A stretch of DNA of 64,000 nucleotides from Cladosporium halotolerans (taxonomy: Eukaryota), in the NCBI RefSeq assembly GCF_011745625.1, contig NW_027191456.1:992001-1056000 (forward strand). The letters run 5' to 3'. Of the stretch, positions 46,128 to 58,319 are shown piece after piece; position 1 is the stretch's first letter; each line of letters begins with the position of its first letter. The notes under the pieces are model-generated. The model did no database searches and was not told the origin of the DNA. It saw only the letters and a program-made list of their open reading frames with translations. The translations under genes were made by a program, and so were the position numbers.

Positions 46128-47258
46128 ATGAGCGCAGCAACAGACCTGCAAACTCTCCTCCGCTTCCTAACCCAAGACGCCAAGATCCCCCTCGCAACCG
46201 CCTTGAGCCACGTCAAGGCCCTCCAGGCAGCGCAACTCAACACCATCGACTCGATCGCCAAAGCCAAGCCCGAAGCTATCAAACAGATCTTCTCAGACGA
46301 AAAGCTCTCTAAGCAAGTGCACAACGCAGCGAAACGAGTCTCGAAAAAGCGCGCGGCTGGCGACGATGGTGCCGCCACAGCGTCCTCACCGAAGAAGAAG
46401 CGGAGCGAACGCAGCGTCTTTTCTCTGAAGGAAGAGCAGACGCCCGCTGAGATCGAGGCCTCGCTTGCGCTTCCGCGCTGTGAGCTGGAGGCAGAGGAGC
46501 TTAAGGATGTGGTGCTCTTCACGAATCGAGCACCGCTCGTGCTGGCTTTTGTCGTCGTGCTGCTGAAGTTCTCCATGCCGGAGCAGCCGTTGTCGAGCAG
46601 GTTGAGTTTGGCGCAGGCTTATGTGAGCGTCACGAGTCGGGCGAGAGCGGTCTCGTTGGGAATTGAGAGTGGTGAGAGTGCAGAGGAGTTGGGAATGGGA
46701 TTGGGGCAGGCTTCGGTGACGATTATGGGTAAGGAGTTAAGGGTTCTGAAGCGGTGGGGCTACGAATGGGAGGATGGCAAGGATAGCCAAAGGGCCCGGA
46801 CTGAGACGAATGAAGAAGGCGAGCAGCCGGTCGAAGAGAGTCCACCGCTTTGGGGCCTGGATCTGGAAGCGCTTAAAAGATCCAGAACGGAACCGCCGCC
46901 GCTCGCCAAAGCCCAGAGCGCCAGCACGACCAACATGCCCATCCATACACCGCAGGCTGCGCGCATGTACCTCATGAAGTCGTTCGACAACCCGCCGCCG
47001 AAAGACGCCGGCTCGGCTAAGAAACAATCGACGGGCTCGAAAGCCGCTGAGAAAGAACGTAACCTGGGCATGCTGCTGCGCGCGGTTGAGCTGCTGTATG
47101 AATCGTGGTCTCAGACGCTAAGCTTGGAGGAGCTGGACGGGCGTACGTGGGGTTGGTATGTTAAGGCTAGGCCGGCTGTTCAAGATGGTGTCGCAGGCTG
47201 GGGAGGCAAGAATGAAGTCAGACTGGCTGATATTCTGGCTTTGAGGCGCGAGGAGTGA
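46128..47258 (+). CDS. Hypothetical protein
   Basis: 376-aa ATG ORF with good start context (AAAATG), globular-looking segments (TNRAPL; WYVKARP..GWGGK) and a basic NLS-like stretch; function not recognised. Confidence 0.75.
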   Translation: MSAATDLQTLLRFLTQDAKIPLATALSHVKALQAAQLNTIDSIAKAKPEAIKQIFSDEKLSKQVHNAAKRVSKKRAAGDDGAATASSPKKKRSERSVFSLKEEQTPAEIEASLALPRCELEAEELKDVVLFTNRAPLVLAFVVVLLKFSMPEQPLSSRLSLAQAYVSVTSRARAVSLGIESGESAEELGMGLGQASVTIMGKELRVLKRWGYEWEDGKDSQRARTETNEEGEQPVEESPPLWGLDLEALKRSRTEPPPLAKAQSASTTNMPIHTPQAARMYLMKSFDNPPPKDAGSAKKQSTGSKAAEKERNLGMLLRAVELLYESWSQTLSLEELDGRTWGWYVKARPAVQDGVAGWGGKNEVRLADILALRREE

Positions 47259-47662
47259 GTGGTGAATGCCACTCAGGTTGGTGGTGCTCTGAACACTATG
47301 ACCGACGGAAAACTCAAAACTCACTGGATCCGAGATTGTTATCGGCCGGCATGATACAAGGCATTGACTGCCTCCCTTCGTCACATTATTTCTATCTGCT
47401 TGGTGCGATATTCGACAAGCTACGCGAGTTCCGGTGCGAATCCGCTGTGGCTGCTGATGACTGGCACCCCCTAGTGCAACTGCTGAAGACCGCCTTCTGT
47501 GATCTCGTAAGAACCGCAGCCTAGACGATAGGAAGATTCCTTTCTGTAAATGAGCCGATCGAGGTCTTACGCGACGTTGACCAAATTTTGACGAAGCTCC
47601 TGGAAGTCAATCGCATGCATCGGTTTCTTCTTGGATAACCTTTCGAATGGGTATTTGTACAA

Positions 47663-49042
47663 TCACTCTTCGTCGTCTTCCATCTCCTCGTCCTCATCTT
47701 CCGCGCCCGACCCGACGTCCTCCATATCGTCATCCTCCCACTGATCCTCATCTGAATCATACGCTTCTCCAACAATCTCATCGTCATCTCCCTCCTCTTC
47801 CTCAGGCTGACCCTTGGCCCGCCTCTCAGCCTTCTTCTTCTCGATGTTCGCTTTCTGTTCCGCTTTCCTCCTCTCCTTCTCCTGTCTTCTCTGTGCGTGC
47901 ACACGATCCATCTCCTTCAGCTCTTCCTTCGACTTGTGGATGTACTCGTGCCACATGACTTTGCCTGTACACAGACCCTCCTCGACCTTAGTCAATCGTA
48001 GGCGCATCCTAGGACCCAGCTCGTGCATCTTGATACCCCGGCGCTCGACCTTCCTGGTGGGATCCCGACGGTCGCTCAAGTCTTCTTGGCGTTTCTTTTG
48101 CTGCGATTTGTTCATCACGCGCCTCGTGTCCTCCTCCAGAATCTCAACTTCAGCATCCGTCTCGGGCTCGCTGTCACTGCCAGTTGTGAATCCATCCTCC
48201 CCATGCGGGTCAAGAAGGTAGTCTGCAACGTCGTCGAGTTTGCCCAAGTTGGGCAGTCCACCGCGGTTACGCTTGCTGCCTTGGTGCTGCAGCTTTTCGG
48301 CTGCGTCAAGTTTTCGCAGAGCCTTAGGAACGGATTTTGCGGTTCGTGTTTCGATGGCGAAATGTCTGAGATTGAGCACGTAGCTGGGGTTCTCGGTGTT
48401 TGCGTCGGCTGGCGAACGGTCCAGGAGCATGACACGCTTGATAGACTTCAGAGGCGTGGCTGTTGGGTTTATGGGTGGGAACAGGGACTGAAAAACGGTT
48501 GTGGTCAAGCTCTCCAAGTGTTTTGGGATGTTCTTCTTGTCTTTCGTCTCCTCCGTTTCGCCTTGCGCCGAGCTGAAGTTATTCATGACGAGCAGCGGCG
48601 ACGTCAGGTGCTCGGTACCTCCGCTCTTGGGTCTCTTCATGCTCTTGTGCACGTCCTTGCATAAACTGTACTTCTCCACTCTGAAGCAAAGCGTCGGTCC
48701 TCTCGGGGTCACGGCCAGGCGCAATTGCACATTGCCGCTATCGCTGCGGCTGAACAGAAGAAGGTGAGAAACTCCGAGCGGTCCAGCCATGGAAACGTAG
48801 TCGCGCAGTTTGTTGCTTCGTCGCTCCTTGAGCCTCGAGGCTGTGGCCGGCTCCATCATTGATCGTACATCTTTCACAAGTTGGGATACCGAAGGTCCAA
48901 CGTCCGAGGCACCAATGCGGATAACCATAGATTTGGGATTCCTGTCGCCGGGCTTGCCAGGCTTGACGGGCGCGCTGCCCGGCGCAGGCGGACGACCGGG
49001 AGCGCCGAGGTGAGTACGCTTCTTGACTCTTTTCTTAACCAT
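47663..49042 (-). CDS. SSF1: Ssf1/Peter Pan Brix-domain 60S biogenesis factor
   Basis: KKRTH, PKSMVIRIG, MEP.TASRLKERRSNKLRDY, PRGPTL, FQSLFPPI, ELGPRMRLRLTKVEEG, acidic tail; ATG at 49042. Confidence 0.93.
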   Translation of the reverse strand: MVKKRVKKRTHLGAPGRPPAPGSAPVKPGKPGDRNPKSMVIRIGASDVGPSVSQLVKDVRSMMEPATASRLKERRSNKLRDYVSMAGPLGVSHLLLFSRSDSGNVQLRLAVTPRGPTLCFRVEKYSLCKDVHKSMKRPKSGGTEHLTSPLLVMNNFSSAQGETEETKDKKNIPKHLESLTTTVFQSLFPPINPTATPLKSIKRVMLLDRSPADANTENPSYVLNLRHFAIETRTAKSVPKALRKLDAAEKLQHQGSKRNRGGLPNLGKLDDVADYLLDPHGEDGFTTGSDSEPETDAEVEILEEDTRRVMNKSQQKKRQEDLSDRRDPTRKVERRGIKMHELGPRMRLRLTKVEEGLCTGKVMWHEYIHKSKEELKEMDRVHAQRRQEKERRKAEQKANIEKKKAERRAKGQPEEEEGDDDEIVGEAYDSDEDQWEDDDMEDVGSGAEDEDEEMEDDEE

Positions 49043-49302
49043 GTTTCCGATGTACCTTTGTGGTGTATCGAACTCCAGAAGGTCGGCTGGAAATTTTGGG
49101 CGCAACAACGAGCCTTCGAGAATTAGCGTGAGAATTAAGCGCACGGCTAGATCCGGCGCACGATAAGCTCCACATCGACCCTGCAAGGCCGCCTCCGATC
49201 ACCAACGCCAACGCCTGCAGCGGGAACTTTTTCTGGCCGCGGCTACAGTTGGCTGGCTTTGCGACTGGACGACAATCTTGTGCAGTACACCTCATACCAA
49301 CT

Positions 49303-50814
49303 ATGCCGCCTTACAAGAAGCGAAAGCTCTCAAACGAGGCCACCGAGCCTGCGAGCCTGCAAAAGAAGAAGGCCACCAAGGACTCGAGACCTGCAAAGAC
49401 CGCACCAACGCCAAAAGCAGCGCAGCCGGAACCCGCAGACGATGGCGAGAACAGTTCAGACGATGCGGAAGAGCAGGTTGAGGATGAGGGTGCAGGAGAA
49501 GACGTCGCCGAAGCCGACGCCGAAGGAGAAAAGACATTTGCCGACTTGGGCTTGACAGAGTCCCTTTGCGACGCCTGCACAACGCTGGGCTTCAAGAAAC
49601 CCACACCGATCCAGCGAGAGTCACTACCTGTAGCACTCTCCGGCAAGGATCTGATCGGACTGGCTGAGACGGGATCTGGAAAGACTGCTGCGTTCGCCCT
49701 GCCCATGCTGCAAGCATTGCTGGACAAACCACAACCTCTGTTCGGCCTTGTCATTGCACCCACGCGCGAGTTGGCGTACCAGATCAGCCAACAGTTTGAA
49801 GCCCTCGGCAGCCTGATCAACGTGAAATGCGCAGTCCTTGTCGGAGGCATGGACATGGTGCCCCAAGCGATCGCCCTTGGCAAACGCCCTCATATCGTCG
49901 TCGCCACGCCCGGCCGTCTCCTGGACCACTTGGAAAACACCAAGGGCTTCTCCCTCCGCCAGCTCAAATACCTAGTCATGGACGAAGCCGACCGTCTCCT
50001 CGACCTCGACTTCGGCCCCATCCTCGACAAGATCCTGCGCGTCCTCCCTTTCGAGCGCCACACGATGCTTTTCTCCGCAACAATGAACACCAAGCTCGAC
50101 AACCTCACGCGCGCCGCCCTCCGCAACCCGACCCGCGTCAACATCTCCTCCTCCTCGTACCAGACCGTCAAGAACCTCGTGCAGAACTACCTCTTCATCC
50201 CCCACAAGTACAAGGACATCTACCTCGTCTCGCTCCTGCACTCCTTCGCCGGCCAGACCGCCATCATCTTCACCCGCACCGTCAACGAAGCCGCCCGCAT
50301 CGCCTTCCTCCTCCGCGCCCTCGGCCGCAGCGCCATCCCCCTCCACGGCCAGATGAACCAGTCCGCGCGCCTCGGCGCCCTGAACAAGTTCCGCACCGGC
50401 GGCAAAGAGATCCTCGTCGCGACGGACGTCGCCGCCCGCGGCCTCGACATCCCCTCCGTCGATCTGGTGCTCAACTTCGACCTCCCGCCCGACAGCAAGA
50501 CGTACGTGCACCGCGTCGGCCGCACGGCGCGCGCGGGCAAGAGCGGCGTGGCCATCAGCATCGTGACGCAGTATGACATCGAGATTTTCCAGCGCATCGA
50601 GAAGGCGCTGGGCAAGAAGCTGGAGGAGTTCGCGACGGAGCGCGACGAGGTGATGGTTTTTGCGCAGAGGGTGGGCGAGGCGCAGAGGGTTGCCGTGCAG
50701 GAGATGAAGGCTATGCACGAGGGGAAGAAGGGCGGGAGCAAAGGCAAGGGCATCAGCGGTGGGCGAGCGAAGAAGGGCGGGAGGAGGGAGAATATGGATG
50801 CTGAGGAGGGTTGA
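49303..50814 (+). CDS. RRP3: DEAD-box rRNA helicase Rrp3
   Basis: [64 protein letters not shown]. Confidence 0.93.
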   Translation: MPPYKKRKLSNEATEPASLQKKKATKDSRPAKTAPTPKAAQPEPADDGENSSDDAEEQVEDEGAGEDVAEADAEGEKTFADLGLTESLCDACTTLGFKKPTPIQRESLPVALSGKDLIGLAETGSGKTAAFALPMLQALLDKPQPLFGLVIAPTRELAYQISQQFEALGSLINVKCAVLVGGMDMVPQAIALGKRPHIVVATPGRLLDHLENTKGFSLRQLKYLVMDEADRLLDLDFGPILDKILRVLPFERHTMLFSATMNTKLDNLTRAALRNPTRVNISSSSYQTVKNLVQNYLFIPHKYKDIYLVSLLHSFAGQTAIIFTRTVNEAARIAFLLRALGRSAIPLHGQMNQSARLGALNKFRTGGKEILVATDVAARGLDIPSVDLVLNFDLPPDSKTYVHRVGRTARAGKSGVAISIVTQYDIEIFQRIEKALGKKLEEFATERDEVMVFAQRVGEAQRVAVQEMKAMHEGKKGGSKGKGISGGRAKKGGRRENMDAEEG

Positions 50815-51717
50815 GGGGTTTTTTGTGCGCCTCAGGCCCTTTGCTCATTGCCATTTGCAGATATTCAGAGTCAATGATGCCTTTCTTAGCGCGGCGTCAC
50901 GTGTGGCCTCATCTGAAACGTTTCGGTTATCGGGTCGTGTGTCTTTCATAATTTCATGCTTTCCACTATTTCCCGTCTGCCTACCTCTACTAGCGACAGA
51001 ACCTCTTTCTCGCTCACTTCTCCCTTTACACTGCTCCGCTCTGTCGACTGTCCTTATGATACAGCCTGCCCAACCAAGCCCATCCCTATCCAGCCTTCCG
51101 TGTGCATTCTGCTAGGTAGTAGAATGCGACCTGTGAATACGAAACAACGAGTAGGTATACGCTAGACCCGAAACCAGAGAGATGTTCTAGCCTGTAGTCG
51201 CTGATGGATGTCCTGGAAAAAGAAAAGCGGTGCCGCTGGCTCTTGTTCGCAATCTGTCCAAAGTCGTCGGCGTGTTCGCGCGCTTCGGTAGTCAGGTAGA
51301 GAGGCGGAAACCGCGAGGAGAAGAAAGGTCAAAGTGTGATGTTCATGCTCATAATTTCCCTTCGAGCTCAGGGTCGTGCCATGAAAGAGAACCTGCGCTG
51401 GATGAATCCAAAGAGAATTCACGGCGCTCGCTGGCGTGAGTGCAGACGAGGCGGGGTTGTAGAACTGTCGGTCCCTTGACGATGGGAGACTCTGTCGATT
51501 GGCTTGCTGAGAATCCGACTGTTCTGACGGGCACGCAAGAAATCTAGTCTTGCGTTGCGCGTTTGCGTGGATCGAGATGCCATCTTGTGACGTCCGTCCA
51601 AGAAGGATTCTCCGGGAGATACGTTGGGATGAACCCTTCTGTGCAGTTTTGGTCACTAGCGGGAAGACAGTGATTAGCCAACGAAAGACGAGCAATGAGC
51701 GGAGACTGGAGGCCAAA

Positions 51718-53472
51718 TCACAATTCCTCGTCATCATCCACCGTCGTGTGGTTTCCGTGCCCATTGCTCGTCTGAGGCTGAGGTGCGGCCGAAGGTGGAG
51801 CCACATTATTCGGTGCAGAGATCATGCTGTCTAAGCCAGAGACGCTTGATCTCTGCTTCTTAAACGGAGAGCCGACCGCGTCGGATGCGTCAGCGCCGCT
51901 CAACGGTTTGCCTTCGAGAGGTGGAGTGCCTGCAGTAGCAGTCGTGGATCCAGCAGATTGCGGTGTACCTCCGGGGGGTGTGTCGTTCGTGTAAACGTGA
52001 GGCGACTTCTTGGTTGTCTCTGACATTGGTTCCGCAGAGTGCTGGCGCTTGAGCTGGGAGGGGTGTCAGTGATAGATGAACTCATAGCGTTGCAATCAAC
52101 CAACCTTGATCTTTTGCACGCCGTCCGCAATCTCGCCCTGCCGTCTGGCGTCCTCTGGAGACAACATCTTGCCGTTTTCCTGCTTCACCTCGGTGTCATC
52201 GTCTTGGTCCATGCCTTGCTCATCGTCGTTGTCCTCGACATCACTATCCATGGCATCGTCGTTCGACGTCTTGCCCTTTGCCCTCTTCTTCGAGCTAGCA
52301 TTATCACGGTAGCCAGAGAAGCCCACTGTGCCAAATTTGTTGAGGGGTCCGAGATTGGAGAAGTCTGGTCCTGATGACTTGCGCTTTGCGCTGGCAGGTG
52401 TCTTTTCAGCCTCAGGCACCTCCAGTATGCCCATTTTACGAAGCTGCTTCTCACCACGGTAGAAGAAAGTGAACACCGCGTAAGGCGCTTCGGGAGGATC
52501 GAGTCCGGTGACCGTCTGAGTGCTGATCGATTTCGGGTCGAGGGATTTGGGCTTTGCGAAAGATGTTGTGTGATCGACATCCTCGTCGCCAGCTCCGTTC
52601 GTACCTCCATTCTGATCCGTGCCCTCATCGTCGTCGTGAGCGTCAAACTGCGGTGAGTACTCTCCTTTCTTAATTTCGCCGCTCGCAAGCACGCGGAAGA
52701 GTGCGACCTTGATTTGACCCGCAGCTTCCGGCATTGGTGGTTCGTCGTCTGAATCCGAATCAGAAGAAAGGTTAGGATCTTCCTGCATGATTTCCTCGCC
52801 ATCGTCATCCTCCCGTTTGATCTTGACGTCCTCCTCGTCACTGTCGAAACGCTCGGATTTCAGCCGTCGCTTTTTCTCGAGCTTCCGCTGTCTCTTCTGT
52901 ATCCGTGCGGCCTTGTCTTTGCTGCCCTCGAGATCCAGACCATTGAGCCATCGCTCCAATCCAACCTCTCTGAACAAGAACTCGCGCTCAGCAAGACCGC
53001 CGCCCTCTGACTCCGGAACGCTAACCCATCTTGAGTTAACCCAAGTCTCCTCACCGCGGCGCAGCAATGTGGCAACCTCCTCTTTCGGTCGTCCGTCAAA
53101 GTAAATGTACGCAGCGATCGTCTCGTTAGGACTGGTCGTCTGCGGCACGTAAGGAGGAACGACCGACTCATACCGACCCCGCTGGCTCGTCTGTCCAGGC
53201 AAACCGCCGACCATACGCGACCTGGGAAACGGGTTGTCTGGCGTGGCGTCGGGCGCCGAGTAGGGGACGTTCAGGCCGGGCGTGAGCAGGGTTATGGAAA
53301 TGGCGAAGTTTGGCTGCTCGAGGCGGGAGGAGTCGGCGTCCTTGACGAGCTTCGCGGGCGGCACGGCGATGTAGGAGGATATGCGCGACTGCCGGGTCTG
53401 CCTCTGGGTGGAGATTTCTTTCAACGGGCCATCCGAGTGGATGCTGACCGCAAGGCCCTTGAAGCAAGGCAT
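51718..53472 (-). CDS. Fungal hypothetical protein; one intron near 52050-52104
   Basis: 458-aa ORF MPCFKGLAVSIH..ETIAAYIYFDGR..EREFLFREVGLERWL..VFTFFYR splices (GTTGGT..CTGAC..CAG) into LKRQHSAEPMSETT..DDDEEL*. Confidence 0.8.
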
Positions 53473-54235
53473 CTTGCGGCCTGTGGCGGTGTAGCAGCGG
53501 CGCTGTGTGGTGGTGGAGGGCGTACGCGAGGGGAGGAGGGAGGAGCGCGCGCGGTCGGCGGGAGAATAGCAGCAATTCCAGACGAAGGCACCAGAAGGGC
53601 GAGCGAGGCGTCAGGCGCGACACGCACTGGGACGTGTGTCTCGTGTGTTTCTTTTGCCGGGCTTCACGTGCTCTGGCGGCGGTGGGAGGCCCGCGCAGCA
53701 AGCTCAGGCGCCAGGGTGCAACTGAGGGGGAGCCGCAGGCAAGTGGCGGGTGTCGAGGGCTGAGGGTGAGACACTGTGTGCGTGCGCCGCTTTGGGGATG
53801 CTCGAATGCTCAGGCGGTGAGGAGGGGAGAAAAGGACGAGACGGCCGAAAAGCTGCTCGCCGCACGCCTGACTCGAACGCGGCGCTCTGCTGTGTCGCTT
53901 TGCGTGGTGGGGGCCGTTTGTCGTCTGTGTTGTCGACACCGACCGCAGCCCGGCGAGGCACAGCAAACAGGCCCCGCCTTGATTGGCTGTCGGGCCCCGT
54001 CACCGCGTAGGGCAGCCCTCGTGGTCGCTCCAGTCAACGGACTCGAGTGGCACCAACAAACACCACTACAGCGTTTCCCTCGCACACGGCAAACACTTGG
54101 GCGTAGCCATCCGTTATATTTCCTGATTCCCTGCCTTGTGCATGAACTTCCATCGATGGCTTGAGACCCTTCCTTTCCCCGGTTCCCGCTCCCTTGCGAT
54201 CGCCATCACTCGGCCATCAAATCGAACCAGTCACA

Positions 54236-55259
54236 ATGTCAAAACGGAACCTCCTGATTTGCTTCGATGCCTTTGGCACTCTGTTCACACCTAGAAAGCC
54301 CGTTGCCCAGCAATACATGGAAGTCGGAAAATCGTTCGGATTGGCTGGGTTTACAGAAGACGACATTGCCAAGTCGTTCAAATCCGGTATGCGATCGATA
54401 ACTCGTTTCACAAGACTCGACTTATAAATTACTGACAAGGCTACCACCGAAGCATTCAAACAAGAGTCCAAGCAAAATTCCAACTACGGCAAAGCCACCG
54501 GTCTCGGCGCTGAAAAATGGTGGAGTAATGTATGCCGTCTAACTGTGCATTTGATCATCGAGCTTATCGCTGATCGATCCTAAGATCATTCACAACACTT
54601 TCAAGCCATACTACGGGCCTAGCGAGCAACCTCCCGCAAACCTCATCCCAGCACTCATCCATCGATTTCATTCCGAGGAGGGTTACGCCCTCTACCCGGA
54701 TGTCCTTCCTCTACTCAACAAGCTACGTCCAGATGACCGGACGACATACGGCGGAAATGTGATTATAGGCGTGATAACAAACTCAGACAACAGGACAGCA
54801 GACATCCTGACTTCTCTGGGCTTGCATGTGCATCCGTTGCACTATGGCCAGCCCTACAAACGAGGTGGCATGAGGCCGCGATACGACATTGATTTCACCG
54901 TCCTTTCATACGATGTTGGCCATGAGAAGCCCGATCAGCGGATCTTCGCCGCAGCAGAAGAGGTGTTAGGCACTCTCATGCACTCCACAGACGCAGACAC
55001 AAAGACACCAGCGGAGTTTCACCCGGAGCGATGGAGGAAGGTCTACGTTGGAGACGAGTACGCCAAGGATGTGATTGGTGCCACAAATGCTGGATGGAAC
55101 GCTGTGCTGATTGATCGCGAGTCTGGCGAGAGGCAGCCTGACGTTGAGTATCTTGACAACAAGCAGCCTGCTTCTCTATGGGATGTGTTTGAGAAGACCA
55201 AAGCTGTGGGCTTCAGCAGCCTCGAGAATCTCTCTAAATGGATCCCTTCAAGATCGTGA
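54236..55259 (+). CDS. HAD-superfamily hydrolase (REG-2/HDHD3-like); introns 54387-54452 and 54530-54584
   Basis: Motif I CFDAFGTL, II GVITNSD, III EKPD..IF, IV YVGD..KD..GA..AGW. Confidence 0.88.
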
Positions 55260-55349
55260 AGGAAATGCTGAACCCAGACGTAGTGATCTGAGGTTCCACC
55301 TTGCATACTCCCCTATTACACGCTCGCAGGATTCATAGAATTGCACAAG

Positions 55350-56097
55350 CTACGCCACCACCGGCCTCGCTTTCCGCAGCATCGCCGTCACCGCCGCAGC
55401 GCCATCGAGCATCGACTTTTCTCCTATCACCTCGAATCCGGCGTTCAGATACAGCTTCTTCCCCGCCGGCGAGGCCTCGAGATAGATATCTTGGCCAGCA
55501 GCATCAGCGAGCTCGCAGTCCTTTTCCAGCAGCCGCTTTCCGATTCCTTTGCCTTGACGGTCCGGATGCACGACCATAGATACCACGTCTACGAGAGTGG
55601 TCAGTTAGTCCGTATGCCACACTTCGGCCAAGATAGATCAAGCATCATGAGCAAAAAGAAACAGATCCAGATCCCAAAAGAAAGCCAAAAGACTCACACC
55701 AATAATCCTGCCTCTCTCCCATACACTCCTTCCTCACCTTCTCCATAGCCTCGTGCCACTCCCTCATAAACTCCCCATTGAATATCTCCGGCTCCGCCTC
55801 CTGCACCTCTCCATTCGCCTCTCCCTCTCCCTCCTCAGGCCCCGGCGCCTGCACCCCCGTGCACCCAACCACCTCCCCCGTCTCCGCGTCCACGGCTTTG
55901 AACCAAGTGCCCCCCGGTTTTGCCATACGCCGCTCGTTCCGCCGGATGCGCCACTGCAGGTATTCTTCGTGCTGCGCGGGCGTTCCGTTGGGTTTTGCGA
56001 GGCGGGCGTTGAAGACGTCGTTGGCGAAGGCGAGCACGCCGATGGGCGTTATGGTGGCGGCCTCGGTAGGGAGGGCGGGGAGGATTGTTATGGACAT
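55350..56097 (-). CDS. GNAT-family N-acetyltransferase; 1 intron
   Basis: WFKAVDAETGEVVG; acetyl-CoA motif VHPDRQGKGIGKRLL; YLEASPAGKKLY..GF. Confidence 0.87.
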
Positions 56098-56624
56098 TTT
56101 TGAGCTTTGAGATTTTTTTTGTCGGTGATTATGGGCGATCGTGTTGCTGGGTGAAGGAATTAAGATATATGGGAGTGTGTCGAAAGATACGTGGGCAGGT
56201 GAATTGAGAGAAGGGGAAAGTTGGCTTGCCTTCACGTATACACATTGAGCGTACTTATACTTGATCTGTGACTAAACGCCAGACTGGTAAAGACTCCAGC
56301 TGAAGCTGAAGTTGTTGCCTAGCCAAAACCGACCTAAACCGGCGCAGTTGTTTATCGCGACGTTGCGATTGATCCTTTCCGAGCACCTTCCCCATTTGAA
56401 GCCGAAGCCGGCGTTCGGCGCTCGGGACGGAATTCAGCGGTCTCTTTTTGATCAATGCAATCAGGCATCACATTTTCTTTTGTATGCCGTGATTCAAGTC
56501 CTCGTTATTCGGAATTGCAATCTCTCAGTAATTGAACACGCGCCTGCCCGAAAGCCGATCACTCCAGGGAATATAAGCCTTTGGAAATCTGGCATGACGC
56601 GCAAATGGCTCGCCAGCTCCGCGA

Positions 56625-58319
56625 CTACAAGTACTCCTTCGCCTCAAGACCAGGCGACTTCGCATACTGGCTCTTAATCACATCCTTGTCCGCCTTCTCA
56701 ACCACCTTCGCAAACTTCTCCCCGCTCTTCGGATCGTGCTGGAACAGGTGGTCCTGCACCAGGCGCCGCGGCGTCTCGCCCATCCACTGGAAGAGCGAGA
56801 AGTCCTGGAACTCGTCTAGGAAGCGATGGGTTAGCTGACTGGCGTTGGTGCTTAGCAAGGGGAGTGGCTTCTTACCTGCGCGGAAGATCTCCAGCACCTC
56901 GAGCGGCTCGTCGTCGCTGAGGTTCTCGATGAAGTGGCCCATGTTGCGCGGCACAATGCCGACGTCGCCTGCCATGTAATCGAAGGTTCGCGCGTTGCCC
57001 TCGGCTGCGAAGATCGTCACGCGCGCGCGGCCTTTGATGAAGTAGGACCTGGTGACGTCTGTTAGTACCGCTCTGGGTGCGATCTGCTGATTGCGAGCTG
57101 CTACGTACCACTCGTCGGCGTTCGGGTGCCAGTGCATCTCGCGCATCGCGCCGGGCTCGATGTCCAGGTGCCCTGCGGCGATGGTCTTGGAAATCGGGAA
57201 GTTCTTGCTGTCGACGATGCGCGCTTTACCGCCGCTGCCTTCGACAGGCGGGGTGTCGAGCATGCGGTGGGTGTATTGGTGCTTCGACTTCTTGAACGCT
57301 GGGGGCTTCTCCTTGTCGATGCTGTCGGGGATGGAGCCTGCAGGTATCTTCGAGTTAGCGATTTGATTGCTGCAGGTGCTTTGTCTGGAGGGTCGACGGC
57401 ACTGACCTTGGAAGATGTACTTGTCCTTCTCGTGGATGTTCTCGAAGATCTCCGGGGGCAGACGGAAGTTCTCTGCCACGACCGCCTTGGGAGTGTGCTC
57501 GATCCACTCGTTAAGCAGGAACGTGGAGTCCTCAGAGAAGTTGCCGTCGTCGAAGATGAGGAGGAATTCAGTTCCGTTCTCGCCCAGGCCTTGGAGCGAG
57601 TGCGGGTGTCCTGAGGGGAAGTACCACAAATCGCCCTCTTTGAGGTCGTCGATGAAGGAACCGCCTTCAGTGTCGAGAGCTGTGACGCGAACCTCGCCTG
57701 TAGAATGTTAGTCTCCGGCTGCGAGTTTGAAAGGACCCATCGAGCTCACCCTTTAGAACGTAGGCCCACTCAGCTTCTTTGTGCCAGTGAAGCTCGCGAA
57801 TGACGCCGGGCTCCAAGCGCATGTTCACGCCGGCAATCTCAACCGAAGCCGGAAGCTCGCGGACGGTGGTCTGTCTCGTCCACCCGCCTTCCTCAATACG
57901 AATGTGTGAGTCGGAGAAGCTCCTGTTGACGGTCAATGGGTGATGCTCTAGGAAGATGCAACCATGCTACACTGTACCATCGCAGGTTTGGCAGAATGCC
58001 GTGATCAGTGCTAGGAGGACGAACGAGATCTGGGTTCTGACGATCTCTGTCCTTGTTGGTAGGGCCTAGCACACTGGTGCCGTGGCCGTTGCGCTGATGC
58101 ATGTCAGTGTTGTGAAGCTACATTGTGGCTCTGAACAAAACCTACGACAGGCAATGGCTGAACGCCGTCGCCATAAGTGTCATGCTTACGGTCGTACGGG
58201 TCGTATCTGTACGGATAGTGGGCAGAAGTGTCTTTCTCAAGTGGTTGCTGGTCGACAGGTGCCGCTGAGCAGCTAGATAGCAGCAATGCTGCTGACAGCA
58301 ACAGGTTGGAGTTGTACAT
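56625..58319 (-). CDS. oxdC: Secreted oxalate decarboxylase (Mn bicupin); about 6 introns
   Basis: Signal peptide [34 protein letters not shown]; cupin 1 [12 protein letters not shown] / [13 protein letters not shown]; lid FSEDSTF; cupin 2 [13 protein letters not shown] / ARTFDY / GHFIEN. Confidence 0.93.

Noticed and set aside
45517..46197. 226-aa minus-strand ORF between PMP3 and the 376-aa gene
   Set aside because: Non-ATG start overlapping the neighbouring gene and no protein-like motifs.
54236..56097. HAD hydrolase and GNAT as members of the oxalate cluster
   Set aside because: Adjacent, but no functional link can be drawn from the sequence; synteny data would be needed.
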